Assembly: GCA_050049995.1 (NCBI GenBank)
Contig: JASFVE010000016.1
Coordinates: 1-29,121 of the forward strand
Length of the DNA: 29,121 nucleotides
From: Chlamydiota bacterium
Lineage (GTDB): Bacteria; Chlamydiota; Chlamydiia; Chlamydiales; SM23-39
Direction of reading: 5' to 3'
The notes below the pieces were generated by a model that searched no databases, had not been told where the DNA came from, and worked only from the letters and a program-made list of their open reading frames with translations. The position numbers and the translations under genes were made by a program. Positions within the stretch are counted from its first letter, which is position 1. Each line of letters opens with the position of its first letter. Shown piece after piece: positions 17,410-26,546 of this stretch.

Positions 17410-19335
17410 ATGTCAGGTAAAGAAATAACAAAAAAGCCCTTAATTAAAAGAATAAACACATCAATTATTTTTAGAGTTTTTTATCTTAGTTTGATTCTTA
17501 TTGTACTTCCTCTGGTGTTACATTCCTTTTGGATGTATAGGCGTGATTTAGACCAAAGAAAGCAGGAATTATTTACTTCTCTAAATATACTCGCGGAAAC
17601 AAGGTCATCATTTATTCATGAAATCATAGAAGATAAGCAAGGATTATTAAACTTGATTGAAGATGATACTCAATTTATTCAAAGCATTGAAGGGAACAGT
17701 CAAGAAGAATCCGTGCAAAATTATTTGAAAAAAGTTGCCAGTGAATTCAAACTGTCAGAAATATTTTTTTTAGAAGCTGATACTTTTTTTTGTAAAAACT
17801 CTTCTAATGAAATTTTATTGGGAAAAGATTTTTCAAAATATCTTTTTTTAATAAGTAAGTTTGGCGAAGATAATTTTGTTATTTTTGGAGTTCTTCCTTT
17901 TATTCAGGAAAAAAGGCTATTTGTAGGAAAAACCCTTTATGATCAAAAAACAGGTAATGAGATTGGGATATTATTAGCAACTACTCCTGCCGAGGCTTTA
18001 GTTGCCAGACTATCTTCTTTTGTCGACTCTCCTTATCAGATTGATATTTCCCTTTTAATGGAAGAGGGAATCATTTTTGCAAGTTCAGATGAAAATCTTG
18101 AGATGCAGTCAATGCAAAATGTAAGCCCATTATTTGTTCAAAAGCTTAAAGCTTCAGGGCAAATAGGGAATTTTCATGTTGTTCAAGGGGAATATACCTT
18201 GAAAAAGATCAAGAAGTATTCGAAAGCTTATGAATTAGAGGGAAAGGAAAACAGTCTTGCTGCTTTAAGTCCTGTAAAAGAATCTGCCATTTCAGTTCTT
18301 TTAGATGTCAATGAAAACAAAGTCATTATCTTGCAAGCGAAACTATATTTGATTCAAGTTATCAGCTTGCTCGCTTTGATTGTTATAGTCGGAGGAGGTG
18401 GTTCTTTATTATTTATCTTGCGAATGGCAAGGCCTCTTAAGAACCTTCATGAGGCCATGGCTAAAGTTTCTAAAGGGGACCTATCAGCCAGGTTTAAAGA
18501 AGATAGGATGGGGTTTGAAATCAATTTAGTAGGACAAGATTTTAATGAAACAATCGATTCTATCGTCCGCCATCAAAAAGAAGCTGAGGTTCAAAAAGCC
18601 CATAAAGAAAGAATGGCGCAAGAGTTGAAAATTGGCTATGACATTCAACGTGCTCTTTTGCCTTCTAAACTACCTGATCTTCCTGGTTTGGAAATTGCTA
18701 ATAATTTTATTCCTGCAAAGGAAGTAGGAGGGGATTTCTTTGATCTTTTTGTTAGAAAAGATGGGAAAGTTTTTATCATTATCGCAGATACTGCTGGCAA
18801 AGGGATTCCAGCTTGCTTATTTTCTTTTACTATTAGAAGCATGTTTCGCTCTTTTGCCTCTACTTATGACGACTTAAAAAAGATTGTAGAAAAAGTAAAT
18901 GCCCTTTTTTGTTTAGATACAAAAGATTCTGGAATGTTTGTCACTCTTTGGGCAGGGCTATATGAACCTAAAGACAATACTCTTACTTTTTGTAATATGG
19001 GACATCTTCCTGCTTTTATTAAGAAAGACAGCCAAGTTACAGAGCTGAACACTGTCGGAATTGCCTTAGGCGTAGATGATACGCCAAGCATTGAAATACA
19101 AGCTGTACAAATAGAAAAACAAGATATTTTAATACTTTATACGGATGGAGTTATTGAAGTTGAAAATGAAAATCATGAATTTTTAGGAATTAATGGTCTT
19201 AAAGAATACTTGCAATCTTCGCAAGAAACTTCAGCTCAATTACTTTTAGATGGCCTTTTGCAAAAAACAAAAAACTTTTGTGCTAGCAATGAGTTCCCGG
19301 ATGATCTAACCATGCTTCTTATCAAGTTTTTCTAA
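17410..19335 (+). CDS. rsbU: Membrane sensor PP2C (SpoIIE-type) phosphatase, RsbU-like
   Basis: TM, large extracytoplasmic domain, TM, HAMP (RPLKNL...GDL...EI), then PP2C motifs GGDFFD, ADTAGKG, YTDGV and DDLT. Close to eno, as in Chlamydia. Confidence 0.88.
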   Translation: MSGKEITKKPLIKRINTSIIFRVFYLSLILIVLPLVLHSFWMYRRDLDQRKQELFTSLNILAETRSSFIHEIIEDKQGLLNLIEDDTQFIQSIEGNSQEESVQNYLKKVASEFKLSEIFFLEADTFFCKNSSNEILLGKDFSKYLFLISKFGEDNFVIFGVLPFIQEKRLFVGKTLYDQKTGNEIGILLATTPAEALVARLSSFVDSPYQIDISLLMEEGIIFASSDENLEMQSMQNVSPLFVQKLKASGQIGNFHVVQGEYTLKKIKKYSKAYELEGKENSLAALSPVKESAISVLLDVNENKVIILQAKLYLIQVISLLALIVIVGGGGSLLFILRMARPLKNLHEAMAKVSKGDLSARFKEDRMGFEINLVGQDFNETIDSIVRHQKEAEVQKAHKERMAQELKIGYDIQRALLPSKLPDLPGLEIANNFIPAKEVGGDFFDLFVRKDGKVFIIIADTAGKGIPACLFSFTIRSMFRSFASTYDDLKKIVEKVNALFCLDTKDSGMFVTLWAGLYEPKDNTLTFCNMGHLPAFIKKDSQVTELNTVGIALGVDDTPSIEIQAVQIEKQDILILYTDGVIEVENENHEFLGINGLKEYLQSSQETSAQLLLDGLLQKTKNFCASNEFPDDLTMLLIKFF

Positions 19336-19341
19336 AGATCT

Positions 19342-20565
19342 CTAGTTAAGTGAAAAATGTTTTTGTAGTTCTTTAAGAACGGCGGTTTTATCAAGAAGCC
19401 TTTTATTAATAGAAATTTTTTCTGCTTCATGTAAAAGCTCCCCTAGTTTTTTAGAAGGCTTAATACCTAAGTCAATAAGATCATTCGCTGTTACTAATGG
19501 AGTCTGCTTTTCTATGCGCTCTATAAATGGAGCAAGTTCCTTTTTTCTTTGTTCGTGTCGTTGGAAAAATTCAGCTCTCTGAGATACTGGGATTTTAGCC
19601 CCAATTATATGAAGACAAAGATCAGAAAGTGAATTGGCATAGAAAAGAGCCCAAGAGCAGTCATCTGTTTGTAAATTTTGGTGCAGGTGCTTTGCTTCAT
19701 AAAGAAATTTAATAAACTTGATTTCCTGATTGGATAGTTTTAAATACTCACAAAGAGCAATAGCCTCATCAATGGAATTATTAGCAAAAAGCTCATTAAC
19801 ATAGACAATCAAGGGAGAATTTCTTGGAAAATCCTCCATGGTTTTAAGTCTATCTTTTAAAGTTTTGAGATCTACTTCTTGCAACTTTGGAAAAATAACT
19901 TCTAGAAGTTTGAGCTCATGCATTACAAGCATAGCTTTAGAAAAACTTGGATACATAGTCATTTTAGAAAATTCTTGAACGACTCTTTCTATGGCAACAG
20001 CAGGAAAAAGTTCCTTAGCATGCTTATAAATAGCATCTTTTAGATCAGGGTCAATAGCAAAGGAAAACCTGCAAGCTAATCGAACAGCTCGAATCATTCG
20101 CAAACGATCTTCTTTTATCCTTTCATGAGGGTTCCCAATAGCTTTAATAAGTTTTTTTTCCAGATCCTGTTTCCCTTCTACAAAATCGATTACCATATCT
20201 TTTAAGGGATCATAAAACATCCCGTTAATGGTAAAGTCTCTTCTTTGGGCATCTTGCTCTGCTGTTGAAAAGGCGATCTTGGTAGGCCTTCTGCCATCTT
20301 TGTATTCTATGTCTTCTCTAAAGGTAGCCACTTCGTATTGCTTATCATCAATAATGACTAAAATAATCCCAAAACTTATGCCTATAGGTACGGTTCTTTT
20401 AAAAAGTCGCTGTATTGTTTCTGGAGGAGCGCTTGTAGCAATATCTATATCATCTGAGGGCTTTTGCAAGAGAAAATCTCTAACCCATCCACCAGCATAG
20501 TATGCTACGTAACCATGCTTGGCTAATGTATCTACAATAAATCTGGCTTCTTTATGTTCTTCCAT
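19342..20565 (-). CDS. cca: CCA tRNA nucleotidyltransferase (class II)
   Basis: GGWVRD, DIDIAT, RRDFTIN and EDRLR motifs. Flexible loop (FREDIEYKDGRRP) is present and the poly(A) polymerase GRRF signature is absent. Confidence 0.85.
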   Translation of the reverse strand: MEEHKEARFIVDTLAKHGYVAYYAGGWVRDFLLQKPSDDIDIATSAPPETIQRLFKRTVPIGISFGIILVIIDDKQYEVATFREDIEYKDGRRPTKIAFSTAEQDAQRRDFTINGMFYDPLKDMVIDFVEGKQDLEKKLIKAIGNPHERIKEDRLRMIRAVRLACRFSFAIDPDLKDAIYKHAKELFPAVAIERVVQEFSKMTMYPSFSKAMLVMHELKLLEVIFPKLQEVDLKTLKDRLKTMEDFPRNSPLIVYVNELFANNSIDEAIALCEYLKLSNQEIKFIKFLYEAKHLHQNLQTDDCSWALFYANSLSDLCLHIIGAKIPVSQRAEFFQRHEQRKKELAPFIERIEKQTPLVTANDLIDLGIKPSKKLGELLHEAEKISINKRLLDKTAVLKELQKHFSLN

Positions 20566-20568
20566 ATT

Positions 20569-21363
20569 TTAAAAAGCGGCAGATCCTGAAACAGAATAGG
20601 CAAGCTCATCGTAAAACCGGGCTTCTGCATTCAGGAAAAATTTTTGATGAACACTTATTGATGTTCCTAAAAAGTATCCAATATTGAGGCGATTTTTTAA
20701 AGTAAAGGTGCTATCTGATTTAAAACGAATACGAGTTATTAAATATTTAGCTCCTAAGTAGGGTGTAAACATTCCCAGTGAGCTAGCCAACCCAAAAGCC
20801 AGATGCCACTCTCTTAAAGAAAAAAACTGTGGTTTTGTATTAAAAGGGGTGGGTTCTTCATTAAGATAAAAAATAGACCGCTTGGTTGTAGGGATACGAA
20901 AATAGCTGAAGTCTGTTCCAAAATAAGTTTTGCCGAACTGAAGTAAAATAACTTTAGCACCAACTATCCAGGAAAAATGATTTTCTGTTTCAATATTTAA
21001 AAACTTTCCTTCAGGAAAAATGTCATTAGGGGAGTTAGTAAACCAAAGAATTTTGGCGCTCGACTGCCCTAAATTTCCATAAAGCTCTAAACGTTCTCTA
21101 AAAGAGACCGATATATTGCCCATATTTGAGATAATTTCAAAATTATTGACCCTTTTCTTATCCCCAAAGTCTACTGTTGTACTTTCAGAAATCAATTTTT
21201 TATCACTTACAAAATCGGCTAAGTATCCTGTTTGTACTTTTATCCAAGGATCTTCTTCACTAAAAAGCCCTTTTTCCAAAATAGCTGGTGAGGCAATATT
21301 TCCTACATAGGTTGCTTGTAAATAAGGAATGAATAAAACAAAAATAGCAAAAAAATTTTTCAA
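20569..21363 (-). CDS. Chlamydial MOMP-family outer membrane porin-like protein
   Basis: YVGNIASPAIL, GYLADFVSDKKL, REWHLAFGL..LGMFTPYLGAK and AEARFYDE..F mirror MOMP motifs (PVGNPAEPSL, GYYGDFVFDRVL, HEWQ..MFTPYIGVK). TTG 21363 follows AGGGGG and gives a clean signal peptide; TTG 21381 is possible. Confidence 0.85.
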   Translation of the reverse strand: MKNFFAIFVLFIPYLQATYVGNIASPAILEKGLFSEEDPWIKVQTGYLADFVSDKKLISESTTVDFGDKKRVNNFEIISNMGNISVSFRERLELYGNLGQSSAKILWFTNSPNDIFPEGKFLNIETENHFSWIVGAKVILLQFGKTYFGTDFSYFRIPTTKRSIFYLNEEPTPFNTKPQFFSLREWHLAFGLASSLGMFTPYLGAKYLITRIRFKSDSTFTLKNRLNIGYFLGTSISVHQKFFLNAEARFYDELAYSVSGSAAF

Positions 21364-21396
21364 GAGGCCCCCTAAACTCAAAATTGACTATAGCAA

Positions 21397-23088
21397 ATGG
21401 AAAAAAAAATATATCTTTTAAGTGAAAATGTTATCAATCAAATTGCGGCAGGAGAAGTAATTGAAAATCCAGCTTCGGCCCTTAAGGAACTCGTAGACAA
21501 TGCATTAGATGCCAAAGCTTCACATATTTTAGTAGAGATAAGACAGGGCGGTCTCACTTTTTTAAAGGTGGAAGATGACGGCCATGGGATGACAAAAGCT
21601 AATTTGGAGTTGTCTATTCAAAGACATGCAACATCTAAAATTTCTAGTTTATCTGATCTCTTTGCTTTAAAAACAATGGGTTTTAGAGGTGAAGCTCTTT
21701 CATCAATTGCCTCAATCGCTAAGATGAGCATTACTTCTTCTTTTGAAGGAACTCTAGCTTGCACACTATCTGTTAGTGGAGGGAAAATAGAACAAATAAA
21801 AGATACAGCCAGAAAACAAGGAACAACTATTGAAGTTAAGGATCTTTTTTTCAACACTCCCGCAAGAAAAAAATTTCAAAAGGCTCCTGCAAAAAATACA
21901 CAAGAAGTTATTAGGGTTTTTCAGCAGTTTGCTTTAGGATTTCCTGAGGTTTCTTTCACCTTAGTAATAGACGGAAAACAGGCTTTTTTTCATAAAAAAG
22001 GCACACCTTTTTTAAGAGTCCAAGATGTCTTTGGTAAAACTTTTGCCAATGAACTTAAATATGTGGAAATATCTTTTGAAAATATTCAACTTAAGGGCTT
22101 CTTAGGGATCCCAAAGTTTTATAAGCGAAATAAATCGAGTCAGTTTTTTTATGTAAATAACAGAAAAATTCATTCCTCTGTTTTATCTAGCTTTTTAAAA
22201 AAAGCATATGGGACGAGGATTGCAGAAGAAGGTTTCCCCTCTGCCATCTTATTTTTAGATGTTCCCTTACATGAAATCGATGTGAATGTCCATCCTCAAA
22301 AAAAGGAGGTTCGTTTCAGCAAAGAAGGGCTTTTTCAAGAGATATTTTTTAAAGCAGTCCAAAAAGCCTTCGATGTTCCTATTCCTATTCCCCAAAAGGA
22401 AATTTTTGAGGTGCCTCCATCGTTCTCTAAAAAAACACAGCCTTTGATATTTGACCTTGAAGAAGCAGTTCAAAAAGTACTTCCTATGGATAATGACTAT
22501 CATGGTCCTATATTTATTCAAGACAGGTTTTGTTTTTTACAAAATGTGACTTTATCCGAAAAAATTTTCATTGAAGGGGTTGTTGTTGCCGATCTAAAAG
22601 GCATATATGAGCTTTTGCTGTTCGAACTTTTTTCCTGTAAAGATAGAGGGTTCGAGGTACAATCTCTTATTGTGCCTATAGTTTTAGAAGTGGGGGCACT
22701 TAAAGTAAAAATACTTGAAGAAGAGAGTAAGCAGCTGCAAAAACTTGGGCTAGACATAAGGACAATTGATGATAGTACAATAGCTGTAGATGCAATGCCT
22801 ATCTTTTTTCAAAGGCAAGATTTGGAAAATTTCCTTTCCGATCTTCTCATAGAGGAGATATCCGATAACAAAACAAAGAGGCTAATGGAGAGTGTTGCTA
22901 AGTCTGCAGCTAAAAAAACATCATTTACTCCGGCAGAAGTAAGGATCTTTTTAAAAGAATTAAAAGGGTGTAAAGATCCTTTTTATTCACCGAAAGGAAA
23001 ACCAACCTTGATTCAATGCCGTCCACAAGATATACAAAAATTATTTAATGCTAAAGGGGCTCCTTTATGTCTTTATCAAAACGATTAG
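21397..23088 (+). CDS. mutL: DNA mismatch repair protein MutL
   Basis: NQIAAGEVIENP, KELVDNALDA, RHATSKI, GFRGEAL and DVNVHPQK motifs. Confidence 0.97.
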   Translation: MEKKIYLLSENVINQIAAGEVIENPASALKELVDNALDAKASHILVEIRQGGLTFLKVEDDGHGMTKANLELSIQRHATSKISSLSDLFALKTMGFRGEALSSIASIAKMSITSSFEGTLACTLSVSGGKIEQIKDTARKQGTTIEVKDLFFNTPARKKFQKAPAKNTQEVIRVFQQFALGFPEVSFTLVIDGKQAFFHKKGTPFLRVQDVFGKTFANELKYVEISFENIQLKGFLGIPKFYKRNKSSQFFYVNNRKIHSSVLSSFLKKAYGTRIAEEGFPSAILFLDVPLHEIDVNVHPQKKEVRFSKEGLFQEIFFKAVQKAFDVPIPIPQKEIFEVPPSFSKKTQPLIFDLEEAVQKVLPMDNDYHGPIFIQDRFCFLQNVTLSEKIFIEGVVVADLKGIYELLLFELFSCKDRGFEVQSLIVPIVLEVGALKVKILEEESKQLQKLGLDIRTIDDSTIAVDAMPIFFQRQDLENFLSDLLIEEISDNKTKRLMESVAKSAAKKTSFTPAEVRIFLKELKGCKDPFYSPKGKPTLIQCRPQDIQKLFNAKGAPLCLYQND

Positions 23089-24155
23089 AAAGCGTGCAAA
23101 GATTGCTATCTTCTAAAGATATGGATTTTTTGTTGATTGATGATCCTGATTCATTATTTTACTTAACCAACCTTCAGTTAAGTGCCGGTCTAATGTTAAT
23201 TACGCAAAAAAATGCCAATCTTTTTGTTGATGGAAGATACATTGCTACCGCAAGAGAAAATAGTCCTTTTCAGGTCGATTTATTGAGCCAAGAGGCTCTT
23301 TCTGAAACCATTTGTACCTATGGATCCAATTTATCAAAAAAAATTGGTTTTAATAGTTCGAAAACTAGTTACTGCTCTTATTTAAAATTTAATGATTTTA
23401 TAGAAAGGATTAAACAACAAAGAAAGGTAGTTGATTTTAAACTTGTAGCTATTGAAAACCCTTTAAAGCCTTTTAGACTTATTAAAGATGCTACTGAAAT
23501 TCAAAAAATGAAAAAGGCTGCTAATTTAACTTGGAAAGCTTTTGAGCATATTTGCTCTTTTTTAACGGAAGGGGTAAAGGAAACAGAAGTTGCCGTAGAG
23601 TTTGAAGTTTTTTGTCGTAAGAATGGTGCGGATAGCATGGCATTTTCTCCTATCATTGCTTTTGGAGAAAATACAGCTTATCCTCATCATAAGAGCAGTA
23701 AAAGGGCATTAAAAGCAAACGATGCTGTTCTCATAGATATCGGTATAGTTTTAGATCACTATTGTTCAGATATGACTCGGATGATTTTCGTAGGGAAGCC
23801 TGACCCTGCAATTGAGAAGTATTATTCTGTTGTCAAAAAAGCGCATCAAAAAGCTCTTTCCTTATGCAAGCCGGGAGTAAAACTAGGAGACCTTGATAGG
23901 GTCGCAAGAGAAGTAATGGCAGAAGAGAAAATCGAAGAACTTTTCTTACATAGTTTAGGCCATGGCATAGGGATAGAGGTTCATGAATATCCTCGGATTA
24001 AGTGGGATGGAGAAGATAAAGATCTTATTTTAAAGCCAGGCATGGTTTTTACTATTGAACCGGGGCTATATAAGGAAAAAATAGGCGGCGCCCGTTATGA
24101 AGATATGATTTTGATTACACAAGACGGTTATGAAAACTTTTATTCATCAATATAA
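23067..24155 (+). CDS. pepP: Xaa-Pro aminopeptidase (M24B)
   Basis: FVDGRY, LIDIG, YCSDMTR, HSLGHGIGIEVHEYP, TIEPGLY and RYED motifs; overlaps the mutL end. Confidence 0.93.
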   Translation: MSLSKRLESVQRLLSSKDMDFLLIDDPDSLFYLTNLQLSAGLMLITQKNANLFVDGRYIATARENSPFQVDLLSQEALSETICTYGSNLSKKIGFNSSKTSYCSYLKFNDFIERIKQQRKVVDFKLVAIENPLKPFRLIKDATEIQKMKKAANLTWKAFEHICSFLTEGVKETEVAVEFEVFCRKNGADSMAFSPIIAFGENTAYPHHKSSKRALKANDAVLIDIGIVLDHYCSDMTRMIFVGKPDPAIEKYYSVVKKAHQKALSLCKPGVKLGDLDRVAREVMAEEKIEELFLHSLGHGIGIEVHEYPRIKWDGEDKDLILKPGMVFTIEPGLYKEKIGGARYEDMILITQDGYENFYSSI

Positions 24156-26537
24156 ATGAAGCTTAGAACAAGATTATTTATTTGGATCGGTTCTTTATTC
24201 TTTTTATTTGCCATTATTAGTTATGGCATGGAAAACATTTTAGTGTATAGGCACTTAAAAGAATCTAAAAAGGAAATGAACATTGCTATTCAAAAGAAAG
24301 AAGAGCAAACAAGAGTTCATTTTGAAGGCTTTTTAGGAATTGTTTTATCAGAGTTTCAAGCGCAAGTAGATGCCCTTTTATATAGGCTGGAAGAATATTC
24401 GGCCTTAAAGGCTAAGTTTCTAAAAAGGGGCCCTTATGGGGCTTGGATACCTTCTTCTTTATTATTGCTGGAAAATAAGTGGATTGATTTTCTTCAAAAT
24501 TCTAATCCTAACTCTTCTTTAGTCATCATGCCCAATTTCAAAGCTCTTTTTTCTTGTGAAAAAAAGATGATTGATGAGGATTTGGCATGGATTCATTTTT
24601 ATGAGGACCCCAATGACAAAGCATACATTGGCATTCGTATTACTTCCGAAGAGATAAAGAAATACATTCCTTATTTGGTTGATTTTGAAACACAAAGCCA
24701 GCCAGATGAGTTTTTATTTTACGAGCCTCAAAAGCTCCTTTCTTTAGATTTCAAAGTAGGACAAAAGGACTTGTCAAAAATATTTTCTCAAAAAGAAATA
24801 GCTGTGATGAAAGATTTTCAGCAGATTTTTTTAAAGAAAATTGAAAAAGCTAAGAATTATTTATCGACCCACTGGGTAGGAACTGTCGAGGAAGAGTATT
24901 TTAAAAGCCAACCCGATGAGCCTGTTTTTCCTCCTCATTTTTTAGACAGAATGGACCCTAATCTTTCTAATATTGTTTTCCAAGAGTTTGCCGAATCACT
25001 TACAGAAAATATATATCAAGATCAGATCATTCGACAAATTTGGAAGCTTTGCATCTTTTTAACCTTAGATATTTTTGATGACAATCCTTTAAGTACAAGA
25101 GCTCCTCTTGGCTTGGTCTCAACCTTTTCCCATAAAAATTCTGGAGCAGGTTTTTTTAGTTATCAAGTAATGTCAAATACAAATGTTTTTGATAGTACCA
25201 AATACTTCAATGAAAATAGACCAAAAGAAAGTACTTATCCTATTCCCTCATCGCTCGCTTTAATTAAAAACCCAAGTCAAGACAGGTTGTTTTTGGGCAA
25301 TACTTTACTGTTTAATAAGGATAGTTATTTAACATTAGCCATTGATATTTCAGACACACTCCAAAAACTGTCTTTAGCCTCAAATGAAACAGCTTTATTA
25401 GTGCATAATGACAAGATTTTGACGGTATATAATTCTAGAGGAACCCATTTAAGAGAGTCTCCTTTTTATCGAATAGATGTTCAAGATCTAAAAAAAGATA
25501 AAGGGATTGTAAAAGTAGATGGTGAAAATTACTATTACCTTCGATTAGAGCCCTATGAAAACTCTAACCTTGATTTTTATATTTTAGAATTAGAGTCAAA
25601 AGCTTTTTCTTTTGTTAATTATATTATTGAAGAAGTAACTGATTTAATCAGCAAAGTGACCTATTCTATGTGGGGAATAGGTGTAGTTGCTTTCGTAATC
25701 AGTCTGGCTTTATTGCATAATATAGCTAAAAAAGTATCAGAGCCTATTTCTCATTTAGCAAAAGTAACAGAGCCTATTGCTGAAGGACACTATGAAAAAG
25801 TAGAAATTCCTAAAATACCTTTTGGGCCTAGTAAGGAAGTAAAAATCCTTTGTCAATCTTTTGGAGAAATGGTGAAAGGTCTTAAAGATAAAGAAAAGGT
25901 AAGAGGGGTATTAAATAAAGTAGTTTCTAAACAAATTGCTGAAGAAATATTAAAAGGGTCTATTAAATTAGGGGGAGAAGAAAAAACGGTTACAATTTTT
26001 TTCGCAGACATTAGAGATTTTACAAAAATAACAGAAAAAATGTCTCCTCATGAAGTTATTGAAATGCTGAATGCTACTATGACGAAGATTTCACATTCAG
26101 TAGATCAGTTTTCCGGCGTCATTGATAAATATGTAGGAGATGAAGTAATGGCTCTTTTTGGAGCTCCTATTGAAGATGAAAACAGTTCTTATAAAGCAGT
26201 GGTAGCAGCTAAAACCATGATTGATGATTTAAATAGCTGGAATCAGCAACGGAAAAAAGAAAATAAACCTGAAATTCATATAGGAGTGGGTATTCATACA
26301 GGAGTAGTGGTGGCAGGAAACATGGGGGCAGAAAATCGTCTTAACTATACAGTGTTAGGATCTAATGTGAATTTAGCCGCGAGGATTTGTGACATCGCAG
26401 AATCAGATCAGATTTTAGTTACTGAAGATGCTATCAAAAATTTTAAAGAAAAAGTGGAAGCTGAAAAGCTAGATCCTGTAACTTTAAAAGGATTTACTGA
26501 TCCGATAACGGTATATCGTATAAAAAATGTAACTTAA
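24156..26537 (+). CDS. Membrane-bound class III adenylate cyclase (TM, large sensor, TM, HAMP, cyclase)
   Basis: FADIRDFT, DKYVGDEVM, GIHTG and YTVLGSNVNLAARI. Both metal-binding Asp, the ATP-specifying Lys and Thr, and the Asn/Arg pair are intact. Confidence 0.92.
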   Translation: MKLRTRLFIWIGSLFFLFAIISYGMENILVYRHLKESKKEMNIAIQKKEEQTRVHFEGFLGIVLSEFQAQVDALLYRLEEYSALKAKFLKRGPYGAWIPSSLLLLENKWIDFLQNSNPNSSLVIMPNFKALFSCEKKMIDEDLAWIHFYEDPNDKAYIGIRITSEEIKKYIPYLVDFETQSQPDEFLFYEPQKLLSLDFKVGQKDLSKIFSQKEIAVMKDFQQIFLKKIEKAKNYLSTHWVGTVEEEYFKSQPDEPVFPPHFLDRMDPNLSNIVFQEFAESLTENIYQDQIIRQIWKLCIFLTLDIFDDNPLSTRAPLGLVSTFSHKNSGAGFFSYQVMSNTNVFDSTKYFNENRPKESTYPIPSSLALIKNPSQDRLFLGNTLLFNKDSYLTLAIDISDTLQKLSLASNETALLVHNDKILTVYNSRGTHLRESPFYRIDVQDLKKDKGIVKVDGENYYYLRLEPYENSNLDFYILELESKAFSFVNYIIEEVTDLISKVTYSMWGIGVVAFVISLALLHNIAKKVSEPISHLAKVTEPIAEGHYEKVEIPKIPFGPSKEVKILCQSFGEMVKGLKDKEKVRGVLNKVVSKQIAEEILKGSIKLGGEEKTVTIFFADIRDFTKITEKMSPHEVIEMLNATMTKISHSVDQFSGVIDKYVGDEVMALFGAPIEDENSSYKAVVAAKTMIDDLNSWNQQRKKENKPEIHIGVGIHTGVVVAGNMGAENRLNYTVLGSNVNLAARICDIAESDQILVTEDAIKNFKEKVEAEKLDPVTLKGFTDPITVYRIKNVT

Positions 26538-26546
26538 AGTGCCTTT

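Noticed and set aside
19342..20565. Poly(A) polymerase (pcnB) or split CC-/A-adding enzyme
   Set aside because: It lacks the PAP GRRF signature and retains the flexible loop needed for A addition, so it is best read as an ordinary CCA enzyme.
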